Shown: piece by piece, positions 11,553-23,500 of the stretch
Layout of the letters: each line of letters opens with the position of its first letter
Position numbering within the stretch: position 1 is the stretch's first letter
The notes under the pieces: model-generated
Told to the model about the DNA's origin: nothing
Database searches by the model: none
What the model saw: the letters and a program-made list of their open reading frames with translations, nothing else
Assembly (NCBI GenBank): GCA_905178155.1
Contig: CAJINV010000004.1
Span: forward strand, 5,231,381-5,266,733
From: Amoebophrya sp. A120
Taxonomy: Eukaryota; Protista; Dinoflagellata
Length of the DNA stretch: 35,353 nt
Direction: 5' to 3'
Position numbers and translations under genes: made by a program

Positions 11553-14500
11553 TTACTCACTATCTAGACCCCTTCTACCAAGAAATCCAGGTTCCTGGTG
11601 GTGAAGCTCGGACAACATCGCACCAGGGTGTTGTCCACCTGCCGTGGCGCTAGCGTCTGGCATCATGCCACAAGCGAGAGCGGCCGTTGTGTTATTCATC
11701 CCACTAGCTCCCGCTGCACCAGCCCCGGCCCCTGCACCGGTCGGCGAAGTAGTCTGACCGGTATTGCCACTGCTATTGTTGTTCACGACAGCAATATTTG
11801 TTTTCTCCAGGCTATCGCTCAGCAGCGCAAACATGTCTCGCACATCGTTCACCAGATTTTTCCAGGCAGCCTGTCCTCGCTTGTTATGCGCCGATGAAGT
11901 AGCTGCAGCTCCACCCGCGCCTGCATTCGGACTAGCCAGGTTGCTGCTAATATCCTTGTTAGTACCAACTCCCCGATAATTATGCGCTCCGCCGCCCGGC
12001 GACGACAAGAGCCCTTGGTTATTTTGTCCTCCGACGAGGACAGTCGCGCGCCCGCGATACTCTGATTTCCTTTTCGCTAAGCCCTCTTTCGCCTTCCACA
12101 GGGAAAAATTTTTCAGCTCCGTCACGGTTTTGCGGTTCGCGTAGCTGGTGCCCGAGTTGTTCGGAGAGGTTGGGGGAGGAAAAGTGTCCAAATCGAGCGT
12201 CCCAGGACCGCCGCCGCCCTTGTGTTGATTCGCTTTCGCCAAATGAGACTTTTTATTGCTTCTCGAGTACGAGGTTTTGTTCTTATTGCTTCCATAATTT
12301 GTTCTACTGGCTGCTGCTGCTCCATCAGATTTCGCCTTGCGGATAGCGGAAAGTTTCTGCGAAGCTTGTTGCCCTTGTTCGCCGGGAGAGTGGTCTTCCG
12401 TTCCACCTCCAACCATCATCTGGGTCACGCGCGAGCGCGTGCTGGAGGAAGAAGAAACCGCTTCGGTGACGCGGCGGACCGCCTTCTGTATCTTCGATTT
12501 CCAGGGGGATGGCTTGGTGTTGCTTGGATCATGTCCGTCTGCATTTACAGTGGCTAATCCTGCTTCATGCTTATCCCCACCAGCATCCGAGTCATCGTCG
12601 TGGTCCACATCAATGTTCGCCAAATTGCCAAACCGCAGCGTCTTTTTTGGCTTGTAAACGACCTTCTCTTTATTTTCGTCAGAAGTACTGCGAGGCAGGA
12701 GGTCTTGTTCTCTTCCTGCGGTAGTAGTTGTAGTTGTCTCCCGATTTATTGTCTTCGATGAACTGTTAACACCTGCACTTCTACTGCTTCCATGAGCCTG
12801 CCCTGCATCAAAACCATCTGTAGCTTTTGTCTTCGATCCTTTGGCGCTGCAGCTTGTTGTGCCACCTAGTCCTCCGGTCGTTGTACTAGTAGTAGTTGCC
12901 CTCTTATTATTTCCACGAGCAGGACCTTCGATGACCTTTTCCCGGTCTAGCCGCAACAAATTTTCTTCCTCCGGCACGGGTGCAAAGTACAACACGGTAG
13001 CCTCGGAAAGCCCAGAACAGACCCACTCCGCCCGTTTGACCACGTCCATACGCACTTCGCGGGAATGCGCCACTTGCACGATCTCGCGAACGAGTCCCTG
13101 CTGGAGCAGAACTGTGCGTTTTGATGAATTTGATTTGAAATAAAAGCAATCAGAACTACACTTGCAATACCTTGCTACAACGCACTTGGCGAGAACATGG
13201 TATCTATCTGTATCTTATCACATGATTACAATTACACATAATTTGGAACAACATTTCTACCAGCAGGCAACAACCAATACCTGCCTCTCCCTCTTTGTCA
13301 TTCCCAGACAGGATGCCGATCATGAACAAGACCTCCAGCAAAAACTCGTACCCATGCGTATCCCACGCGAGATAGTAGAACTGCTTCGCGAGCGGCAAAC
13401 TCTTGGCACACAGAGCCCGCCTCGCGTCGCTGTTGAACCCGAGCGACTGCAGGATCTTGGTGAGAGAAAACTCCAGAGGCGGCAGGTCCGGGTCGTGGTG
13501 ATCGACGTTGTATTGCCCCTCGTCGTTACAATCATTTCTCGACATAATTCTTGTTCTTGACACCGCACGACCACCAGGTTCTGTAGTCTCGTCCTGAGTT
13601 TCCTGTGCAAGGAAAATTCCTCCACTAGTTGCATCTCCCTCCTGCGATTCAGGATTTTTCGTTTTCATGCCGGTAACATAGTTCGTAGAGTGCCCCAGAA
13701 CGTGTTGTTTTTTCGAAGATGTTCTTGGACTACTACTGCTCGCGCAATTCTTCCCTGAAAACCGAGGTGCAGGGCTTTTCATCGTAGCAAAATCGAAATC
13801 CCCCTCATCCGGTTTCAAATTTAATACGTGGTCGCCAAATTTTAAACTCGATCCGAACCGAACGAATTGCGCGACAATTCCCTCCGCCAGACAAAAGTCG
13901 GAAAGTTTTCCGCCGCAGCACAACAACCCGGCGAGTGCGTAGGAGGCGCCGGTGGGGAGGGAGCTTAGGAGTACGACCAAGGTTTTCACAAGCTTTTTCT
14001 CTACAACAAGAGCTCCTTCATCTGGGAGAGTTGTATTGTTCTTAGTGGACGAAGAGGACATTGCTCGCGTAGTAGATGGAGTGGTTGCTGCCGTAGTACC
14101 CGTAGATCTCAGCTTCATGGGCTGCAAAAAGTGCTTCGCCCACACGGGCGAGACTAGTTGACCTCCTGTTTTGTTCGGGCACGCGCTCCTGTGGGTGTTA
14201 TTCATTTGCTGCGAAAGCGCGAGGAGGTCTGTTGGCAACAAACTCCCAAGCGCAAAGCACAAACTGCTCGTGACGGTCTTCTTGGTCGTTTTATTTGTAG
14301 CACCAGTTGTCGTGGGGTCTTGGTTTCGTTCATCTTTACTGTTATTCTCAGAAGGCGAGGATGCGGTTGCGGAAGGATCAGAAGTCGTTATCGTTTGCAA
14401 CATATCGTCGAGAGAATTAGTTCCTTCTTCCTCCGTCACCAGGAGAAGCAATTCGACAACCAAACTTAATCCTCCTAGCTCCAGCACCTTCTCGCGAAAC

Positions 14501-17500
14501 CTCGGCGAAGCGCGACTGAACAAAGCCACCGCACGCGCCGCTTCCGCCAGAAGAAAAGACGAATTTTCCGAAGCGAGTGCAGTTAGGGCGAGTTCCGAAG
14601 GTAGTTGTGGTAGAGTACTATACTGCATCCCAGTTGTTCTTTCATCTCTCTCCGCTTTCACATTTATTTCTTCCGGAAGATTGCCTGCCGTGTCGTGGTC
14701 CTCTCGGCGTCCTTGCTTTTTTGCCATTGCCTCCTGCTCATCTCGGCTCGCCGAACTACACGCTAGGTTTGTAGTTTTGGTCATTATCTCCAAAACGCGA
14801 GAAGCTAGATCGTCGCACACACATTCCGCAAACAACGCAGCGTTGTGAATGGTTGCACGGCTGCTGTCCTCGGATTTGTAGTGGAGAAACACTTTTGTTA
14901 AGCAACGCAGCGCCGTTTGTGCCACGATCGGATTTGGATTTGCCTCGTCGGGGAGGTGATTTCTTGTTGTAGTCCCGACTTGCTCCACAAGGGCACGCAC
15001 CAAAACACGAAAGTGCTGCACTGCGTCGTGCAAGAGAGACCGGTAGTGCTTTGCTTCCGCGCCGTTGTTCTGCTGCGTGGTGTTGTTGACCTCTTGATTC
15101 ATTACGACTCCACCTAGAGCTTGTATGCGCACGTCCAAATAAAGTGCGGCCTCAACATCAAGTGTTGAAGTGCCTGAACAAGTTGAATGCGATGTATTAG
15201 TAGATGCCCTCGTTGTTCTGGTAGAAGCGGTCAGATCACTCGGTAAGTAGAAGTTCTCGGCAGAAGAAGATCTTCGCTTAGTGCCAAATCGCCCCAACGC
15301 TAAACACTTCTGGAGACTTCATAAAGACTTTGCAAAAACTTTCGGTGAGCAGGGAAATGCAACACACATCGCGCCCTTACTTGGGCCCGCCGCGCGGTCC
15401 GGAACGCCGCATGGCGTCGGGGCTGCCCGCGCCCCTTGCTTCTTTGGGTTTATGGCCGGGCGCATTTCGGCCAAGAATCCGCTCGGCGCGATTTTTCGCC
15501 GCATGCTACGGCGCGCGGATGTTCGCGCCTGTTTGAGTAGCTCCCAGCCGTCAGCCGTGGCCGGCCCCGTCTCAAGCCCTGCTCGCCCCCACAAGACCCC
15601 CGGCGGCGAAGCCTCACCGGGCGCAACCCCGAATCGGCCGGCTTCATCAGCAAGCGAAGGGCTTTCCAATGGCCAACGGATTCCGGGCCCGCCGCCCTCC
15701 CGGAAAACTTTCGCTGGGCCACGGATTTGGCCAACAACTGCTACCTCCAAAAACGCCAATTTCAGAGGCGGTATAGGAACTAATAAGTGGCCCTTTTTTT
15801 GTGCGGCGGGTCAGCGAAAGTCTTGCGAAAGTTCTCCGGAGACAATCAAGCCCCTCGGCACCGCGATAGGAAAAGCGCGCACTTTTTGCGCCGACCATAG
15901 CATGGGGCGAAAAATCGCGCCCAGCGGATTCTGGCTGTTTCGGAATGCGCGCCATACCATCGCGCGAAAAATCGCGCCCAACGGATTCTGAGGGTAGTTC
16001 TCATTTTTTACATAGTGGGGGCAGGTTTCTGCTGCCCGTTCTGCCTTGTTGTTCTGCCCTTTTGTGTGCTGGCCGTGTGGCCTTTTGTGTGATTTTGCAC
16101 CCGCTACGGAAGCTCTTTCGGAAAAAATTTACCATGCGCGCCGGAAGCCCGAAGTCCACGACCAGCAAAAGTTTTTAAAAAGTCTTTTTGAAGTTCTAGG
16201 GTGTTATAATAGCTGGGGCGATTTGGCAGTAATAGAAGCGGTCAGATCACTCGGTAAGTAGAAGTTCTCGGCAGAAGAAGATCTTCGCTCGGGAAATACT
16301 TTTTCAAAAAACTTTTTTTTTTCGCCACATATGATCTCACGGCACTCCATAGACATACAAGCGGGCACGCGCAGAGTAGATCTGTCTAAGCGAGTAGACG
16401 GCTCTTGGTACTTAGCTAGCTACCTGGGACGCAAAAGAGATGCGGCCGCCGGAGTAGCCGCGGCCTTGGATTCGGTCCGTGGCGCTCTGGCCTCAAGGTA
16501 CTTGACACACAATGCCCCCACCGCGGCCTTTGTGTATGGCGCGGAGGCTCACGGTAAGTCAGCGAAATTCTGAGTGGCTCGCTTAGATGCGGCTGTCTGA
16601 AACGCGCGTGTCCTCTAGGCGTCGCCCGCCCCAGCTTTCGAAGTGCCCCAGTAGACAAATACAGATCAGGCTGAGAACTTCGGCGTCTTTGGGTTTGTTC
16701 CGGGCCAGGTTGATGTACAGATCCCCGTCTTGGCCGAATTCGCGCTGTCACTGTTCCAGCCGCATTCTTGCGAAAGCCGCAAACTTGCGGAAACAAAAAG
16801 CGCGGCCGGGCCCCCCCTTGAGGGGGGGGGTTTGGGGGACCCCCCTTCGTGGAGATATCAATGGGGAGTAGCTCTCGGCAAAGGCCCCAAAAGGGGGGGG
16901 GTTGGGGGACCCCTCGGGGGGGCCCCCGAGGACTTCGACTTGCAGCCGAGGAGGGAACTCTGCTAGCCTCCTGGCAAAACAGGCTGGGGCGAAAAACCGC
17001 ACCCCGAGACCCAGACCCGGAGGAGCGCCGCGGCCCTGGCATCACTGTCGTCAGCGCTGCCGCGTATGGATTTGAATTATTTTGAAGTTGCGCGCGGGCG
17101 CCTGTTTCTCCTGCTGGGGCGTGGGCCTGCTGCTGGCTCCAACCCGCAGCACGTCCGGCCTTGGGCTGCCCGCGTATTGCTTTCATTAAAGCGGCAGCAC
17201 TGCAGGGGTTGGCCTTCCGACATTTACGCCGGCCACGCCGGACCCAAAGCCATGACGCAGTGAGCCCCGAGCGCGGTAATCTTCTTGCCGTCACGCTAGC
17301 GAGCTCAGGATACCACTGCAGACGCTGTTGCCACGCAGTCGATCTTTGCCGGCAAAAAGCCATCTACTCACCGCGACGGGTAATTTATATGTGGCAAAAA
17401 AAAAAAGTTTTCAGAGAAAGTGTTTCCCATTGCCATATACTCGGTATGTTGAAGTTTTCTACTGCAGAAGAAGATCTTCGTATCCAACAAAAAAGCATTA

Positions 17501-20500
17501 GCGTTAGCGTTTTGAAATTTGCTGGCGAAAGCCAAATTTTTCTTGATTCTAGTTAGAGGGGTAGCTCTGTGCAGTTCAGACAGATTCGCGCAAACTGGAA
17601 GCAGTGGAAGCAGTCTCTTCGGCTGCGGAGCGGATTGGAGATAATACCGCCAAAGATGTGGGCGACGGCTCGGCCGCGCGCATGTCTGGGGCTCCACGGA
17701 CTTCCGGCTACGCGACCGCCTGACCATGCGGCGGGCCGACAAGCCGTCCTTCCTGGAGTGCCTCAAGACCTGTATTTCCCTTGCGGCTTTTGCACTCGAG
17801 AAAAGTGATCAATTTTCCAAAAATCTGGCATTAGCGTTTTTGCCCTCGGAGGTCATTTTGACCCCCCGATCAGAGGCAAATTTGCGTGGTCGCAAAAAAA
17901 AACGCTAATAAACTCATGATAGCACCGGGGAAGCTTTCCATTTCTTGGATTCACAAAAAACGCTAATAAACTCATGATAGCACCGTGGAAGCTCTCGCGA
18001 AAAAAAAAAGCGAATTTTTATAAGCTCACCCTTTCTGCACGCTATCCAGAGTTTATTAGCGTTTTTTAGGTGTTGACATAAATTTACACTTTCTGCACGC
18101 TATCATGAGTTTATTAGCGTTTTTTTTGGCGACCACGCAAAGTCGCATGATTTTGACGAGAAATCTTGCCGTTTTTTGTTGGTCCTCCCGAGAACGCTAA
18201 TGAACGCCGGGCCTGAACTCAAACCCGCATTACAATCTGCCGCATTTTCCTTCAAATCAGGCAAAACACCGGCGACCTTGGTCGCGACTCTTTTGCGTGC
18301 CGAGAAGGGCGCGCCAGTTAGGCGCTGCGGAGCATGGAGCTGAAGGGCCTGGCTGTCACATACGGGACCGACGAGGGCTGCTCCGCCAAGCTGCTGCGGC
18401 GGGTGGGGCGCTTGTTTGAATGATATTGGATACTATTCCTTCGTCTGAACGGAAAGTAGCTAACGTGACATGCAAAATCAAAAAAAATTTCGTTTGTTCG
18501 AACAAATCTCAAAACGCTAACGCTAACGCTAACGCTAATAAGACTACTCGGTGAGTTGAAGTTCTCGGCAGAAGAAGATCTTCGCAAAATTTTCATCCGC
18601 GCCAGCATCTGCGCAAAATGTAGGAGCTCGAAGACAATTTGACCTGCTTGGGCTGATAAGCACGAAAAAGGCCTCGGAAGGGGTTGTTGCAGCAGGTTTT
18701 TGGAAGTTTGCTCCGATGCAATTCCCCGCCTCTCCGCATCAGGGCCACACAGAGCGAAAAACCTACCCGCCCTGAAGACATTGGCGCGCGCACTGATATC
18801 AGACACGAGGCTGCTCTGCTGCATTTGGAGAGAGGCCAAGCCGTCTTACAAAGAGCGAAGCAGTAACGAAGGCACTAGAGCAAGTTCGCTACTTTGCTTG
18901 CTCGAATCTCTGATCCGAAAAGCACACCCGTGCCTCCGTGAAGGAAAACCGTAGCGGAGCAAGTTTGCTGGTGATGCATTTTGCTCCGATGGAGACACGG
19001 ATGCGTTTTCCGGATCAGGGATCTGGGCGATGTTTTCCTCGATTTCGTCACCAAAGTTGGGAGCAATGCCCCCAGGCTCGCGTGAGTTGCCCTGATGGAC
19101 CTCTTCAGGTTGTTAGCGGTCCAAAGGCACTCAAGGCCCAGGGCTTCGATCCGAAAAACGCATCGCTGTCTCCATCAGAGCAGATTGGACGAGATCCAAT
19201 GTTGTCCATATACATCTAACAAGAACCTCGAAAAAAAACTGCTCCGATGCGTTTTTTTCTGAAGCGAATCACGATGGAAAAAAATGCATCGGAGCAAAAT
19301 GTCGGATACCCCATTCTTGAACCCCCAAGGACGACCCCCAAAGGCTATTTCCCGGAAGGCCGGCACTTGCCCTCATGGTTGCTCGGATGCAAATCCAAGA
19401 CCTTTGGCTGGCCGTCAACGCATCGGGGCTAGCCGCACTCAAACGGCGCGTGAGGCTCCAAGCAGAACGAAAGCGCCGCCGCCAGAAAGAGAGCCGGGCG
19501 GAGAATGTCAGAGAGGCACTGGGGCAAAACACACTGAAACCAAGCGTAAGAGAAAAACCGGGGCCAGGGTAAAACACAGCCCAGCGTAACGCGCTCTAAT
19601 TCTGGCGCCCAACCGCGAAGGCCACCAATGCCGGCCATAGCGCTAGACTCAGGCCGGTTGAGGTGTCTTGCGGTCAGCCGTCCGAGACGCGCCACAAAAA
19701 ACATTGCAAATTGGCATGCAACAACCCCTGCAGACACACCCTCGGACCCGGTCGGGCGACGGCGTGAGTACCATGCCCGCTGAGAAATTGGCATCGAAGC
19801 ACTCGAAGCTACGGACCGCCAGGGCCGGGGATTTCTATAAGCCAAGGTCCCGGAGGTCCGAAAACAGCCGCAGCATTTATGTGCCAGCCGTGCGTACTCT
19901 CAAGCGCTTCGGGAATCCGAGACACTACCTTTTGCGCAGATGCAGACAGGAATGCATTTTTCAGAGGATTAAACTCGGTAAGTAGAAGTTCTCGGCAGAA
20001 GAAGATCTTCGCGTGGTCCTGCTATGCTGCAGCAGTTTAGCGATCACCAGGTCGGTGTCCGGAGAAACAGGAAAAAAATTAGTATCATCCGGCGACGGTC
20101 GTGCTGGAATTATTGATCCGCATCCGATCGGACGTCGAGTGGGATTATTGATGAGAAGTACCCGCAGTGCGGAAACTACGGAGGCGAGAATTGTATCCGC
20201 TAAATGATCCTCTAGTTTCAACGTGTTCTCCAAGTTTTCAATCGCAAAAACACGGATGCTCGTGTTCATGGCTTGTTGTAGTTCATCTTCTTCGCCTGGA
20301 ATGGATTTTGGTAATTCGCCACTATCAAGAGCAGGACCTCCGTCAACATGTGGAGCTCGGACCACTACTGCGGCTAAAAGTTGCGACAGCAGTTGCGACA
20401 CTGTGCTGATAGAGTTGTTGCAACAGTGAAGAAAACGCTTTTTCATCTCCGCTGTTCTTGGTGTTCTTGCACCTCCTGCTTTCGACAACTCGAGGTCCTG

Positions 20501-23500
20501 CTCGTGCTCTCGCTTGGACTTGGAGGAATTTGAACTACGACCGGCTCCTGCTGGTTGAAAATAAAAATGTGCGCCAGCTTGACCATTTTTATCGCCGCTG
20601 CTCTCCCGCTTTATCGTTGTGCTAGTACTGCTCGTGGTGTAGTAGTCGTCGCGCTTGCCCCTTTCATCTCCTTCTACTTCCATGGCAGAAGTAGATGCTG
20701 CAGGCCCTCCTCCTGGAGCGGTACAGCCACTACTATTCATCGGCATCGGGTCGATATAATCCATTCGCGTTTCCAGTAGCCAGCAGTGCGCCGCACAGAG
20801 GAGTTGCAGAAGGATTGGTGAAGGGGATAAGAAGTGCGGTTGTAGTTCCGGTGCGCCGGACGAAGCTGCATTCAACGGACGAGGGTTGTGTGGCGACTGC
20901 ATCGCTGGTTGTTGTACACCAGCATTATCTGGCAGCTGCTCTAGTACTACTTCATGCGCACTATCTTGTTCAACACCTTGATGATTCGAACTCTTCTTCT
21001 TGACTACTGATTCTTGAACTGCACGGTAGTTTTCCGGTACCGGGCCAAAGCTTTCGAGAAACTCAAGCACGATTTGCAAGAACCAGGCCGGGTGTAGTGG
21101 GTCATTTTCCGTAAGGTAGAAAGGGCCTTTGTTATCGGGGACGGGGAGTTGTGTAGTGCTCTCGCGGGAGAATTCAAGATCACTCTCTGTTAAACGATTT
21201 GCCGCGGTGCTGCTTCTCGAAAATGAATAAATTCCCGGCATCATGGGATGGCTCGCAGTGCCAGATTTATTACTTTCCCGCCCGCTACTGTCGTTCATCC
21301 AGCCGCTGTCACCATTATACAGCGCAGAATTCACTTCATCGCTCCTTTCCTGTTGCAGGGACGAAGTTTCGCGGCTCCAATAGTATGTCTGGCACCGGTG
21401 CAGCGCAATCAGGAGTAGGTCCACCGGAAAGGGCTTCGTCGATGAATTAGTAGAGGCTTGAGTGCTCGAATTATTGCTCTTTCGAGTTGTTGGCAGCGTG
21501 GTTGACGACGAGGCAGATTTTCGCATGTCCTGGCCTGGCGGTCCAGGTCCTATACTACTTCCTTCTGGAGCAGGAGCTGCCAACATAATTTTTAACCCGT
21601 CGCACACCACTTGCTGCACGGCGTATCCAAACCTCCGTTGCAGCCGAGACAAAACGATCAGCAGCGACTGCAGGGCGCGCAGCACGTCTTTTGGGATGAA
21701 AAGATCCTGATTGTAGGATGAAGCCCCCACGCGGTGTTGATCCGGCACAGCGCTTTCGCGATTCGGGAGGGCAGAAGTTGTGCTAGGACCTGTAACAGCA
21801 GCACCGCAGCTCTTACGCTGCTGCTCGGTCAGCGTCAGGTTGCTAATGTTACAACTATTTACGTCGTAGTTCGCACTGGAACCAGAACCATCCATTTTCC
21901 TCGTGCTTCTGCCACTTTTAGAAGAAGTAGCTGTTGATGTTCCCGCTGCGACGATTTTGGAGTTACGTGTAGCTGTTCTACTTCCAATCGCTATCGACGA
22001 AGAGAGCCTCGCTGAAAAGCGCGTCTTCCTGTCGACAACATCAGACCTGTTGATAGTATTACGTTCTTTTTCATCATCGGCCCCGCCGTCGCACAGGAGT
22101 GCACCTAAGCTCACCTCCCCGGTGATTTCTTCCCGGAGCTTTAAAATTGCGACGCAAATCCCCCGGGCAAGCTCTACGGAGGTCGAAGCATCTAGCTGCG
22201 CGACGGCGTCCTCCAAGACGCAAGACGACAGGCGGAACAGCAGGTCGGGGTCGTTGGTCCGCGTTCCGTGGTGCAATAAGTCGGAAAACAGAGGGACGGA
22301 CAACTGCAGCAACTCAAAGTCGTTGCACTGCGCCGCCTTTTCCCACAACAGCAGCAGGGGGTCGCGCAGCGCGGACTCGCAGAGGATATCTGACTGGGCG
22401 AGGTACTCAATCAGGTGCACGAAGGTCTTTCGGTTTTCGGCCAAAAACGCCGTTCCAGACGAGCCCACACGTAGTAAAACGCACCACAGTTTTATCCCAA
22501 GAAAAAAACTTTGAGTCTTAGTGTAGGTCTTGAGGGAAAACATAAACAGCATCATGAAAACTGATTTGCATTTTCTGCATCACAGACTCACTTACACTTA
22601 CACAGTTTTTTTCCAACGATAAATTTCTCCTGCAAACGCAAACCCGAGAGCTGCTCCGCGGACGAAGAATTGTCGGAGTCGGAGGTAGTTTCGGAATCGC
22701 TAGTTTCGCCGAAATTGTTTTTCCTGTCGTTTTCTTCGGAGAAGCTGCTGATATTGTCCTGATCGTCGTGGTTTTGCTGTTTATTTTTGGTACTACTTTT
22801 ATTTGCGAATTCCGCCGCGAGTCTTGCCGGGTCGCGCTTGAAGTTTTGTGAGCTGGCTGCAGAAACTTCCTGCACATTTTGATCGCCATCACTAGAAGGA
22901 CATCCTCCAAAGGCTTCTAGCAACGTCGGAGCCGCTGCTCCTGCTGCAGCAGCTCCATCCATGTAATTGGAGTTCTTCCCTTCGGCTGAGTAGACTCCGT
23001 CCTGCTGCCCTGCGGTAGTTGCAGTAGTACTCATAATTCCAGCCAAAACCACAGAACCGGCACCTGCTCCGGTCGGCGACGTGGCAGGCGATTGCTGACT
23101 TGATGTTGTACCACCTCCTGCACTTTTCAGCGCCGCCACGGGCTGCGCTACGCTCAGGGTCGCCCGGAAGGTGCGCCGCCGCGCCAGGCTTTTGCCGAAC
23201 GCAGTCGTCGTGGCGCTGGCCACCGCGGTATTTTTGTCACCTCCAGCACTTTGCTGGTGTTCGTCGTCGCTGTTCAATTCTCCTTCTTGTTCTTGCCCGT
23301 GCAAGAAATAGTCGGCCGAGTGTTTCAAAAACCCCCGCACCACCTCGCAGAACTCCTTGACGTCCGAAAGAATCGCTGGTGTACGGAGAAACGCCGCGAC
23401 CGAGGGGATTTCGGCCAGCGTGCCCAGCACATGGACCGACTGAATCGCCAAGTCAATTCGGTCCAGCTCCTGCTCGTCGGAGCGAGCGGCGGCATCCTGC

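Larger units (their letters stand above)
15238..20012. repeat. Five copies of a ~40-bp direct repeat ACTCGGTAAGTAGAAGTTCTCGGCAGAAGAAGATCTTCGC separating four TIR cassettes
   Basis: Copies at 15238-15277, 16249-16288 (identity to copy 1 extends to 56 bp: 16233-16288 = 15222-15277), 17439-17480 (degenerate), 18546-18585 (2 mismatches) and 19973-20012 (exact). Minus strand encodes RRSSSAENFYLPS in both flanking host ORFs. Confidence 0.95.

Noticed and set aside
15281-17363. ORFs 15281-15991 (+) and 16416-17363 (-) as transposases
   Set aside because: They run through GC-rich repeats and hairpins with no DDE, HUH or tyrosine-recombinase motif; probably chance ORFs.
18503-18539. (AACGCT)n as a telomeric repeat
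   Set aside because: Four units only, part of the cassette 3 TIR, and not the TTTAGGG type.
15238-20012. True CRISPR array
   Set aside because: Spacers are ~1 kb TIR elements, the context is a eukaryotic exon, and no cas genes are present; the resemblance is architectural only.
15238-20012. Spliced-leader RNA gene array
   Set aside because: Sequence upstream of the GT does not match the dinoflagellate SL (DCCGTAGCCATTTTGGCTCAAG), and the units between repeats are unrelated.
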